Assembly (NCBI GenBank): GCA_963772365.1
Contig: CAVYXA010000003.1
Location: forward strand, 704,001 to 768,000
Direction of reading: 5' to 3'
Source of the DNA: an uncultured Verrucomicrobiae bacterium
GTDB lineage: Bacteria; Verrucomicrobiota; Verrucomicrobiia; Chthoniobacterales; UBA10450
Length of the DNA: 64,000 bases
Of this stretch, positions 1-8,337 are shown one piece after another; positions within the stretch are counted from its first letter, which is position 1, and every line of letters begins with the position of its first letter. Position numbers and translations under genes: made by a program. The notes beneath the pieces are model-generated. The model saw nothing but the letters and a program-made list of their open reading frames with translations, did not search any database and had not been told where the DNA came from.

Positions 1-169
1 TTTCCATTTTGACGCGGTCGCCAACAGTAAGCCGGATAAAACGTTTTCGCATTTTTCCGGAGATGTGGGCGAGCACCTGACGGGCATTGTCAAGATCGAC
101 ACGGAACATTGTACCGGGCAGCACGGAGGTTATCGTTCCTTCGATTTCGATCGATTTTTCCAAAGCCAT
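1..169 (-). CDS. infA: Translation initiation factor IF-1 (3' end runs off the window)
   Basis: Not in the ORF track. Manual minus-strand translation from ATG at 169 gives [56 protein letters not shown], with the IF-1 signature LAHISGKMR...GDRV. Confidence 0.95.
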   Translation of the reverse strand, partial: MALEKSIEIEGTITSVLPGTMFRVDLDNARQVLAHISGKMRKRFIRLTVGDRVKME

Positions 170-236
170 GGGTCTTGCGACCAGCGGGCCGACGCTCAAG
201 TGGAATTGAGCGTCGGCCGCGGTCAAATTTTCGGAC

Positions 237-542
237 TTACCGGCGATTACCGGCAAACGGGCGCCGACCGCCTCCGCCCCCGTAAGGACGTGGACGTTCT
301 TCGCGCGGGCGCGCTTCATTGACATTGAGCGCGCGACCGTTGACGTCCTTGCCGTTGAGAGCGGCGATGGCGGCTTCAGCCTGGGCTTTATCGTTCATTG
401 TGACGAACGCAAAACCGCGCGATTTGCCGGTCATGCGGTCCATCATAAGAGAGACTTCGCCGACCTGGCCGTGTTGTTCGAAAAGATCCTGGAGATCGTT
501 TTCAGTGGTCTCAAAAGAGAGATTACCAACGTATAGTTTCAT
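237..542 (-). CDS. RRM-domain RNA-binding protein with Gly/Arg-rich tail
   Basis: RNP2 LYVGNL, RNP1 [16 protein letters not shown], Gly-rich C-terminus. Confidence 0.95.
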   Translation of the reverse strand: MKLYVGNLSFETTENDLQDLFEQHGQVGEVSLMMDRMTGKSRGFAFVTMNDKAQAEAAIAALNGKDVNGRALNVNEARPREERPRPYGGGGGRRPFAGNRR

Positions 543-780
543 AGTGATTTGCTTTGGAAAAAAACTGCCAGCTTCAGAGCCGTTCCCGGGAATCGGGTTT
601 CAAATCACCACCGAGGAGAGCCTCGCCTGACGATCTACCATGCAACGAACGATACAGATGTATCCAATAATCGGCTGGAGCATCGTCTGTTTTGAGATTA
701 GTGCAAACGACGTTTTCGAGACGCTGACAAGTTAAGAGCCGCAGATCGAACGTGATTGCCATTGAACCCGAAGGTATGGC

Positions 781-1566
781 ATGACTGGGACAAGCGTGAA
801 AGAGCGGCATGAAGAGATTGCGTCGGCGCTGCCGAGGGACCTGGATTCGTTGCCACGGCTAAAGGGGTTTCGTCTGCGCGGAATAGAGATGACGCGACTG
901 GAAACGTTCATCGATGCTGCGTTCGCTTTTGCCGTCACCATGCTGGTCATCGCGGCCCAACAAATTCCCGATGCTATGGAGAAATTGCTGGGCGCGTTTA
1001 GGAATGTGCCGACCTTTCTTTGCAGCATCGCCGTGATTGGGATTTTCTGGCGTGGCCATTGGCTGTGGAGCAGGCGTTATGGTCTGGAAGATGGCGTCTC
1101 GATTTTTATTAGCTGGAGCATGCTGGTCACGATCCTCGTTTACATCTACCCGCTCAAAGCCGTTTTCGGGGCGATGTGGTACCTTCTAAGTGACGGCCAG
1201 GTCGGCGCGACGCTTGGGCCCAGCACCGATGCACAGGTCAGAATGCTCTTCGCCGCGTATGCGATTGGTTTTACCGCGATCGCGCTCGAAATTCTGCTGT
1301 TGAACCTGCGGGCCTGGCAATTGCGCGAGGCGTTACGTCTGGATGCGCTCGAACGACTGCGGACGCGCCGTGAAATAACCGGATGGAGCATCCCAGTCAA
1401 CGTTGGGATTCTGTCGTTGATTCTGGCGGTCACGCTGCCGAGATCGCAGCTGGCCTGGAGCGGCTGGGTTTATTTTTCAATGGCCATTCTTGTGCCGCTT
1501 CATTCCATCTTTCGTAAACGGTCGATCGCGCGAACGCTATGTAAACCAGTGACGAGTGATGGGTGA
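781..1566 (+). CDS. TMEM175 (DUF1211) family membrane protein, probable K+ channel
   Basis: RLETFIDAAFAFAVTMLV matches the TMEM175 TM1 motif RxxxFSDxxFAxxxTxL; about 6 hydrophobic segments. Confidence 0.8.
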   Translation: MTGTSVKERHEEIASALPRDLDSLPRLKGFRLRGIEMTRLETFIDAAFAFAVTMLVIAAQQIPDAMEKLLGAFRNVPTFLCSIAVIGIFWRGHWLWSRRYGLEDGVSIFISWSMLVTILVYIYPLKAVFGAMWYLLSDGQVGATLGPSTDAQVRMLFAAYAIGFTAIALEILLLNLRAWQLREALRLDALERLRTRREITGWSIPVNVGILSLILAVTLPRSQLAWSGWVYFSMAILVPLHSIFRKRSIARTLCKPVTSDG

Positions 1567-1578
1567 CGAGTGACAAGA
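1555..1578. repeat. Heptamer-type repeat AGTGATGGGTGACGAGTGACAAGA (copy 1)
   Basis: 23/24 identical to 3020-3043. Confidence 0.7.
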
Positions 1579-1588
1579 GTTCCTAGCA

Positions 1589-1901
1589 TCAGAACCCGAC
1601 AAAGAGCGAAGCTATGCGCTGGCGTGTTTTAGCATCAGGAAGCCGTCCGACGCCTGCGGCCATGTTATCTTCGAGATCCTGTGGATTATTTTGTAGCCGG
1701 GATCACACAGGTAACGGCCGGGTGCGCCACGATCCATTTCAACAAAAACTGCGCCCAGAAGTGGCAATCGAATTCAGCAGCCCACGCCGGCAATGGCTTT
1801 GCCGAAATGACTTGAAACACACCGCCGCCGCCAAATGGCCGATTGATGAGGACGCCCATGCCGAGATCCTGGGCGAGCGGCAGGATACGTTGAGCCGCGC
1901 T
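1589..1901 (-). pseudogene. 3' remnant of an aldo/keto reductase gene
   Basis: Manual translation: AAQRILPLAQDLGMGVLINRPFGGGGVF...WAQFLLKWIVAHPAVTCVIPAT, then after a frameshift NPQDLEDNMAAGVGRLPDAKTRQRIA. This is a typical AKR C-terminus; the N-terminal part is absent. Confidence 0.8.
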
Positions 1902-3005
1902 TCAATCCACCTCCATCCCTTCGTATTTGATTCCGTGTGCTTCGGACACCGCACGGCAGGTGAGGAGTCCATCGCGTGTGTTGATTCCGCCGATGAGCGC
2001 CGGCTGCTTTTTGCAGGCGCCGTCCAAACCGAGATCGGCCAGCAACTCGACGTATCGATACGTCACGTTGGTCAATGCCTGTGTGGCCGTGCGGGCGTAG
2101 GCCGCGGGCATGTTTGCCACGCAATAATGAGTTACGCTTTCTTCCACGTAGACCGGATTCATGTGCGTGGTCGGTCGAGACGTTTCCGCGCAGCCACCCT
2201 GGTCGATGGAGATGTCGACGAGCACGCTGCCGGGCTTCATTTTTCGCAGCATCGCGCGAGTGATTAGTTTGGGCGCCTTCGCTCCGGGCAAAAGGACGGC
2301 GCCAATGAGCAAATCACATTCTGGCATTAGCTCATGCAGATTTGCTTCGTTTGAATAAAGCGTGTTGGTGTTCCCCATCGCGAGGTCGAGATAACGTAGC
2401 CGTTCCAAATCGACATCGAGAATTGTCACATCCGCTCCGAGACCGGTAGCCATTCTAGCCGCATTTACACCGGAAGTTCCGCCGCCTACAACTACCACTC
2501 TGCCCGGCAGAACTCCTGGCACTCCGCCTAACAGAACGCCGCTGCCGCCATTGTACTTGGCCAGAAAATTTGCGCCCATGACCACGGACATGCGTCCCGC
2601 GATTTCGCTCATTGGTTCGAGCAACGGAAGCCGATGACCGATCTGGATGGTTTCGTAAGCGATCCCGGTCACGCCTGATTTCAATAATGCTTCGGTCAAT
2701 GGTTTACTGGCTGCGAGATGCAGATAGGTGAAGAGGATCTGCCCTTTGCGCAAAAGCGGGAACTCGGCCTTGAGCGGTTCTTTTACCTTCACGATCATGT
2801 CGGCCCGCCGAAAAACTTCTTCAGCCGCATCGACAATCTCCGCCCCAGCTTCGCGATATTGATCGTCAGTGTAACCCGAGCCGACGCCAGCATTTTTCTC
2901 CACCAGAACGGAATGGCCGCGTTTCGCTAATTGCGCCGCCGCCGAGGGAAGGAGGGCGACGCGCTGCTCTTGCTCCTTGATCTCTTTTGGTACGCCAATG
3001 ATCAT
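1902..3005 (-). CDS. ald: Alanine dehydrogenase
   Basis: MIIGVPKEIK...EQRVAL, KVKEP, LFTYLHLA, PMSEIAGR, LLGGVPGV, IDQGGC, HYCVANMP. Confidence 0.97.
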   Translation of the reverse strand: MIIGVPKEIKEQEQRVALLPSAAAQLAKRGHSVLVEKNAGVGSGYTDDQYREAGAEIVDAAEEVFRRADMIVKVKEPLKAEFPLLRKGQILFTYLHLAASKPLTEALLKSGVTGIAYETIQIGHRLPLLEPMSEIAGRMSVVMGANFLAKYNGGSGVLLGGVPGVLPGRVVVVGGGTSGVNAARMATGLGADVTILDVDLERLRYLDLAMGNTNTLYSNEANLHELMPECDLLIGAVLLPGAKAPKLITRAMLRKMKPGSVLVDISIDQGGCAETSRPTTHMNPVYVEESVTHYCVANMPAAYARTATQALTNVTYRYVELLADLGLDGACKKQPALIGGINTRDGLLTCRAVSEAHGIKYEGMEVD

Positions 3006-3019
3006 GCCCGGAAGTGAAA

Positions 3020-3043
3020 AGTGATGAGTGACGAGTGACAAGA
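3020..3043. repeat. Heptamer-type repeat AGTGATGAGTGACGAGTGACAAGA (copy 2)
   Basis: 23/24 identical to 1555-1578; imperfect inverted partner at about 3056-3072. Confidence 0.7.
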
Positions 3044-3071
3044 AAAAACGCTAGCCACTCGTCGCTTGCGA

Positions 3072-3635
3072 CTAATTTAGCGACGGATCGTCCGGAGCGG
3101 CGGCGAGCATTTTGTACCACGGTCCCAGTTTGTTCATGATGTCGAACCAGAGTCTGGGTAAGCGCTCCTGCTTAAGCATCGAGCGGTTTGGTTTTTGCAC
3201 GAGCCAGGCATTTTGTTTCATCTCGGCCTCTAATTGTCCGGCACCCCAGCCGGCATACCCGAGGAACGCGTAAACTGGCTTTTCGCCCGCGCTCATCGCT
3301 GCATGATCCAAGGTTGCGCCGGAGTTGATCGTAAAACCGTGACCTTTCTCCCACTCGAATGTAGCCAGCATCACCTGATCGGTTCCGACTGGACCGCCGA
3401 GGAATACGGGCACATCGGCCAAACCCTCGGGCGGTGTTTCGCTCACGAGCTCGGAAATCTGCTTATCCAATGGTCGATTAATAATCACTCCCATCGCCCC
3501 TTCCTCTGGTTCGTGCGTCGACAGGAAAAGGACCGCCCGGCGGAAATTCGGATCCAGCATATTGGGATGGGCCACGAGTAAGGAGCCGGCCAAGCTCCGG
3601 TCAGCTTTCGCATCCTGCCCCATACGATTTCGCAT
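3072..3635 (-). CDS. YqgE/AlgH (DUF179) family protein
   Basis: LLVAHPNMLDPNFRRAV, GVIINRP, GGPV, GYAGWGAGQLEAE, PSLN terminus. Confidence 0.93.
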   Translation of the reverse strand: MRNRMGQDAKADRSLAGSLLVAHPNMLDPNFRRAVLFLSTHEPEEGAMGVIINRPLDKQISELVSETPPEGLADVPVFLGGPVGTDQVMLATFEWEKGHGFTINSGATLDHAAMSAGEKPVYAFLGYAGWGAGQLEAEMKQNAWLVQKPNRSMLKQERLPRLWFDIMNKLGPWYKMLAAAPDDPSLN

Positions 3636-3740
3636 AGAAAAACTAGAACGCTCAAAGTCGCCCGGCGCAAGCGGAATGCCAGCCTTTCGGCATCCTCAGT
3701 TGCCTAAAATTCCTCCTCGTTTAGAGGCAATTCTGGCATC

Positions 3741-3769
3741 TGGACGAATTCTGACCGGTGTTCTATAAT
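3741..3769 (+). promoter_or_regulatory. Sigma70-like promoter TGGACG-N17-TATAAT (second candidate TTGCTA-N17-TATCAC at 3785-3813)
   Basis: Perfect -10 box and 4/6 -35 box at exactly 17-nt spacing; no + strand gene downstream. Confidence 0.55.
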
Positions 3770-3775
3770 TTCCCC

Positions 3776-3893
3776 AAAATTTTGTTGCTACCAGACGCGA
3801 ACTCGGCTATCACGAGCGCAGTTTTTCACGATTGTTCTGGGGGGAACAGCCGCCCTTCACGTCCGATCGGACGTGGGGGGCGGTAATTTTTTT
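3776..3893 (+). ncRNA. Candidate small RNA (about 75-120 nt)
   Basis: Lies between a + strand promoter and a + strand terminator, while both flanking genes are on the - strand. Contains hairpin TGTTC-TGGGGG-GAACA. Confidence 0.45.
3850..3893 (+). terminator. Rho-independent terminator
   Basis: Stem CCGCCCTTCACGTCC / GGACGTGGGGGGCGG (15 bp; two G-U pairs form only on the + strand) followed by TAATTTTTTT. Confidence 0.8.
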
Positions 3894-3956
3894 GCCGAAA
3901 TTTTCTGTTGAGAATAGCTCGCGCGGAAAGCGTGAGTTCCAATGCAAAAAGAAGAT

Positions 3957-4040
3957 TGGGCAGGGCTGGATTCGAACCAGCGAAGGCGTAAAGCCAGCAG
4001 ATTTACAGTCTGCCCCGTTTGGCCACTTCGGTACCTACCC
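3957..4040 (-). tRNA. tRNA-Tyr (GTA)
   Basis: Reverse complement GGGTAGGTACCGAAGTGGCCAAACGGGGCAGACTGTAAATCTGCTGGCTTTACGCCTTCGCTGGTTCGAATCCAGCCCTGCCCA; long variable arm; CCA not encoded. Confidence 0.98.
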
Positions 4041-4108
4041 GTCGCTGCGAGGGTTTCTGATATAACTCAGCGGCTCTCGCCCGCAAGTAGTTTGCCGCCG
4101 CTTCGAAC

Positions 4109-5294
4109 TTACCCGAGAAACTCCGCGATACAGTTTACCACAGCTCGTTGAGCTTCGCGGGAGATCTCCGGATAAATCGGCAGCGCCAGGTTCTCGCGCG
4201 CCGCTCGTTCTGTCTCAGGAAAATCACCGGCCTTGTAGCCCAGATACTCAAAGCACTGCTGCTCATGTAAACCGAGCGGATAATAAATTGCCGTCTCGAT
4301 CTCGCCTTTGGAGAGGTGTGCGCGCAGCTCGTGACGTCTCGGCGTTCGTATGACGTATTGATGATAAATGTGATGGTTCGCCAGGCCTCGAGTACCGATA
4401 AGGCTCCGCCGGAAGCCTGATCTTGTTTGTCAGACCGGTTCGTTCAAATTCGTTTCGATAAAAATCCGCCACGGCTCGACGGGCAGCGGACCAGGCATCG
4501 AGATGCGGCAGCTTAACTCCGAGGATCGCCGCCTGGATTTCATCGAGCCGGAAATTGCCGCCGATAAAGTGATGCTCGTAACGCGGTTCCATTCCGTGTT
4601 CCCGGCAAATACGCAGTTGTTTGGCCAAAGAGTCGTCCCGGCAAACAATCAGTCCGGCATCACCGGCGGCACCCAGATTCTTCGATGGATAAAAGCTGAA
4701 GCAACCGACGTCGCCGATCGCTCCGGCTTTCACCTTGCCCTGTGCGCTGGGATATTCGGCCCCAATTGCCTGAGCAGCATCTTCTATGAGCAAGAGATCG
4801 TGTTGCCGCGCGATCTCGATGATTGGATCCATGTCGCAGCACAATCCAAAAAGATGCACCGGAATGATGGCGCGAACTGCCCGCCCGCTCTCATCGAGTA
4901 ACTTGCCACCGGATTTCTTGCAACATCTGTCGATGTAGCGATTCAAGGCCGCGGGCGAGATATTAAATGTTTCCGGATCAATATCGATGAAGTGCGGTGT
5001 CGCACCGACTCGCGCAACAGAGGCAGCGGTAGCAAAGAAGCTGTAGGCTGTCGTCAGCACAGCGTCGCCGGCGCCGATTTCAAGGGACATTAACGCTGCC
5101 AGCAACGCATCTGTTCCAGATGAAACGCCGATGGCATGAGGAACTTCACAATAACTGGCAATCGCTCGCTCGAATCTCCCCAGCTTTGGTCCAAGAATGA
5201 AACGCTGGCTGGCCAAAACTTCGTCGATCTCAGCGCGAATCGGGGCCGCGAGAATACGATATTGTTCAGACAGGTCAAGCATCGGCACACGCAT
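4109..5294 (-). CDS. DegT/DnrJ/EryC1/StrS PLP-dependent aminotransferase (one frameshift near 4385)
   Basis: [38 protein letters not shown]. The C-terminus HIYHQYVIR...IYYPLGLH...LALPIYPE continues in another frame to TAA at 4109-4111. Confidence 0.9.
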
Positions 5295-5427
5295 TGCGCG
5301 AAAAATCCGCTAAATAGCCTGACTCGTCCAGTAGCGAGCATGCCAATTGCTCACCTTGTGCAACGTGAAGCTTCGGCCGTGATCGGACGCATTGACCGAA
5401 GGCTTCTGCTACATTAACCTCGTGCCC

Positions 5428-5604
5428 ATGCGTTTGATCCGTGGCCTGTTTTGGCTGGTTTTGTTTATCCTTTTTACGTTCAGTTTTGTCGTGCTTTTTG
5501 AGTACGGCCCCCACGATTTCGTTAACGGATTCCAAAAAGAGTTCGCCCGGTTAAAGACATTTGTCGTCAAGCAAACCGAACAAGCGAAAAAGCCGAAGAA
5601 GTGA
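5428..5604 (+). CDS. Small membrane protein
   Basis: MRLIRGLFWLVLFILFTFSFVVLFEYG, one TM segment and a basic tail. Confidence 0.65.
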   Translation: MRLIRGLFWLVLFILFTFSFVVLFEYGPHDFVNGFQKEFARLKTFVVKQTEQAKKPKK

Positions 5605-5638
5605 TCCCGGTGATTTCACCGCACAAGGAGTGGCGAGC

Positions 5639-5950
5639 ATGCCAAAATACCTGATCGAACGCGAGATTCCCGAGGCCGGCAAACTCTCGCCGGAGCAACT
5701 TCAATCGATTTCACAGAAATCGTGTTCTGTGTTACGTGATCTCGGGCCGCAGATTCAGTGGGTCGAAAGTTATGTGACTGACGACAAGATCTATTGCGTG
5801 TACGTTGCTCCGGACAAAGAAATGATTCTCAAACACGCCGAGCAAGGCGGGTTCCCAGCCAACCGAATATCCGAGATCCGGGCAATGATTGATCCAACGA
5901 CCGCCGAAAGCCGGGACGTTAGGCAATTTTTGAATTTGCGCCGCTCGTAG
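5639..5950 (+). CDS. DUF4242 domain protein
   Basis: MPKYLIEREIPEAGKLS...IQWVESYVTDDKIYCVY...HAEQGGFPANRISE; SD AAGGAG upstream. Confidence 0.85.
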   Translation: MPKYLIEREIPEAGKLSPEQLQSISQKSCSVLRDLGPQIQWVESYVTDDKIYCVYVAPDKEMILKHAEQGGFPANRISEIRAMIDPTTAESRDVRQFLNLRRS

Positions 5951-5956
5951 AAATCT

Positions 5957-6568
5957 TCAACGCCACTTCGGTAGATATTTCCAATTGTGTGGTTTGCCCT
6001 GCGAAAGGCACAGGATCGATTTCTCCAGACGTTGCTTTCGCGTTTCCTCGCGCTTCGCCTCAGTTAGCCATTCTACGTACTCCCCCTGCTGACCGGGCGC
6101 GAGACTTTCGAATGTCTTCCTGGCTTTCGCATTTTTGCCCAGAGCCGCTCGGAAGTAAGCGGGAATTTTCGGCTTGGCTTTCCTGCGCGGTTTCGAGCGC
6201 GTCAGCGTTTTTAGTCCGGCTTCGTTTAGCTCTGCCGCCTTACGCACATAGGCGATCAGAGTGTGGTCGCCGGGCAAATCATCGAGCGATGTGATTCGTC
6301 CGAAATGCCCCATTGCTGTTCGATCGGAAAGCTTGTTTCCGTCGAAGATCAGTTCCGCTTTCCAGAATCCAAACGCGCAATGGTGTTTGAAAGCGGCCAT
6401 TCCGCACAAGATCCCACGGTGCTCAAAATGAGGGAAGTTCCACTTGATTGTTTCTTCCACATTTGGACAGGCCGAGTGGACGATCCTGCGCAAACGTCTG
6501 AGAACCGGCCGCGCGAATGACGAGGCTTGATCGATGTATTCATCCACGCGTGGATTCCTGCGCGCCAC
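5957..6568 (-). CDS. YdeI/OmpD-associated family protein (DUF1801 plus OmdA)
   Basis: VDEYI...EETIKWNFPHF...AFKHH, then C-terminal EYVEWLTEAKREETRKQRL. Confidence 0.85.
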   Translation of the reverse strand: MARRNPRVDEYIDQASSFARPVLRRLRRIVHSACPNVEETIKWNFPHFEHRGILCGMAAFKHHCAFGFWKAELIFDGNKLSDRTAMGHFGRITSLDDLPGDHTLIAYVRKAAELNEAGLKTLTRSKPRRKAKPKIPAYFRAALGKNAKARKTFESLAPGQQGEYVEWLTEAKREETRKQRLEKSILCLSQGKPHNWKYLPKWR

Positions 6569-6666
6569 ATCCTAAGTTTTTAGCGAATCGAAGATTATTT
6601 AGAAAACCTTTTTTGAGCCGGCACTTTATGCGTGCAAAAGAGGCGCGCCTGATTCAGAACATGGCT

Positions 6667-6813
6667 ATGAACATCACAAAGAACCTCGGAATGCTTCTGC
6701 TGGCGATCTGGCTCATTCTTACCGGAATCATCGGAGTCTCCGGCCTCACCCTTGGCATAGTCATGCCGATTCTGGCCATCGTGGCCGGAATTTTGATTCT
6801 GATCGGCAAGTAG
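6667..6813 (+). CDS. Small two-TM membrane protein
   Basis: MNITKNLGMLLLAIWLILTG...ILAIVAGILILIGK. Confidence 0.7.
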   Translation: MNITKNLGMLLLAIWLILTGIIGVSGLTLGIVMPILAIVAGILILIGK

Positions 6814-6831
6814 CTTCGGTGGTGGGGATTC

Positions 6832-7491
6832 TTACAAGACGCCGACTGCCCGGGAGATCAGCAGCACCACAATACTGAGCGAAATAAAAACCTGCATCAT
6901 CGCCAGTACCTTGGCCCAGCGAGCCAAAACGGGCGCGTCGGTCGGGCCGAAGGTCGAGCTATGCGTGAAAGCGACAAAAAGATAATCGATAAACCGCGGT
7001 CGCCATCGCGCGCAGGCAAACTGTGAGCGCTCATCGTGGGGGATTTGCATCTGGGGAAAAAGAAAGCTCGTACTGCCGAATTTCTTTTGTTCATGACGAC
7101 GAGTCGGACCGCCGCCGTCGAGTCGCCAGTACCAAAGCGCGAAAACGATGATGTTGGTCAGCCAGAGCAACCCGCCAGACCTCAGCAGTTGGAGCCCTGC
7201 TTCGCGATGTGAAGGAAGTGCTTTCACCAGCAAGCCTACTGAGCCGATCAATGCGACAGTAATAATCCCGCTAATAATGAAACCGAGCCAGCGGTTAAAT
7301 GAGTGACGACCAGTGCGATGACTCACGACTGTAGGAGCGAGCATGACGACAATCAGCGTCGGCAACAACCAAGTGGGTCCTACGATAAGATTACTCGGCA
7401 ACGCCAGGTAAATCGCGCCCACTGCGAGAAGTGCGAGCAGCGCCTGCCAGCGCGGTTCCGGTTTGTCGATGTGATTCTGTTCGCGCGCCAC
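6832..7491 (-). CDS. DUF1345-like membrane protein
   Basis: FALWYWRLDGGGP, FLFPQ, WRPRFIDYLFVAFT...FGPTD, WAKVLAMMQ. Confidence 0.75.
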   Translation of the reverse strand: MAREQNHIDKPEPRWQALLALLAVGAIYLALPSNLIVGPTWLLPTLIVVMLAPTVVSHRTGRHSFNRWLGFIISGIITVALIGSVGLLVKALPSHREAGLQLLRSGGLLWLTNIIVFALWYWRLDGGGPTRRHEQKKFGSTSFLFPQMQIPHDERSQFACARWRPRFIDYLFVAFTHSSTFGPTDAPVLARWAKVLAMMQVFISLSIVVLLISRAVGVL

Positions 7492-7642
7492 TGGGACCGT
7501 TTATAGCAGGGAACGCGCGCATTGGGAATCAGCATACGCAACGGCTTCGATAACTCGGTCCCGACTTCGCATTTGACCGCTTGTCGCAATATGCCTGTGC
7601 CCATTATCCTAAACGGAACGGCGGGCGGTGCCGCGGCTACAC

Positions 7643-8263
7643 ATGCGCAAAGTTTTCATTCCGGTAACCATCTTCATTGTTCTGGGTGGTGGACTGTCGA
7701 TCTTATGGCTTTGCAGTGGTCGGCAGTTGTCGATGTTCGTCGATCGATTCCGGACGATTCAAACGGACTCAACTCCGATTCGAGAGCTTCGTTATGAAGG
7801 CTCGGGCAGTGGAGGCGTTTTCATTGTGAACGATCTTTCTTTGAATTTAACGCCTGCCACCAACGAAACGCCGAAGCCGGATATTGGGACAACCAAGAAT
7901 GATCAGCTCGCTCTATCGTTCAGTGGAAAGGTTTTTTCCTTTGGTCCGGTGCACACCGTTTCCGGTGAAATTCTTGCCAGCGCGCCTCCGTCCAGCGACG
8001 AAGCGCGGCTGGTTGTTCGGCACAGCATATTGAGATGGATTGAGCCATTCCACTTCAATTTCATGACCGGTAATTCACCCACATGGCGACGCCATTCTTT
8101 TTATCAGATCACCTGGAAGAAAGCATCTGGAGCGAAACTGGAAATGCTCTGGCGTTACGAGCAAAATTTTTACCAAGGCAGCGGTTGGAGCAGCGCTTCC
8201 CTCACTCGGGAGAATTCCAGCGGTCTGATTCGGATCGACCTGCAACTTTCGGCGAAGGACTAA
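7643..8263 (+). CDS. Hypothetical membrane-anchored protein
   Basis: Open frame with an N-terminal hydrophobic segment; no recognised motif. Confidence 0.6.
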   Translation: MRKVFIPVTIFIVLGGGLSILWLCSGRQLSMFVDRFRTIQTDSTPIRELRYEGSGSGGVFIVNDLSLNLTPATNETPKPDIGTTKNDQLALSFSGKVFSFGPVHTVSGEILASAPPSSDEARLVVRHSILRWIEPFHFNFMTGNSPTWRRHSFYQITWKKASGAKLEMLWRYEQNFYQGSGWSSASLTRENSSGLIRIDLQLSAKD

Positions 8264-8337
8264 ATCGCCATTCTGACGGTTTGTTTGGCAGAAACGGAGG
8301 TTGCGCCTGGCTGATTCTGCGGCCAGAAGAATTATTC

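Noticed and set aside
1902..1904. Selenocysteine or readthrough fusion of Ald and AKR
   Set aside because: Ald is complete at this stop, and the downstream part lacks the AKR catalytic N-terminus and is frameshifted.
1614..2267. Long + strand ORF, and similar shadow ORFs such as 19318-20076, 46517-47233 and 59995-60735
   Set aside because: Antisense to well-supported genes; typical of GC-rich coding DNA.
3833..3848. TGTTC-N6-GAACA as a LexA box
   Set aside because: The spacer is 6, not 4; better explained as an RNA hairpin unless the G run is miscalled.
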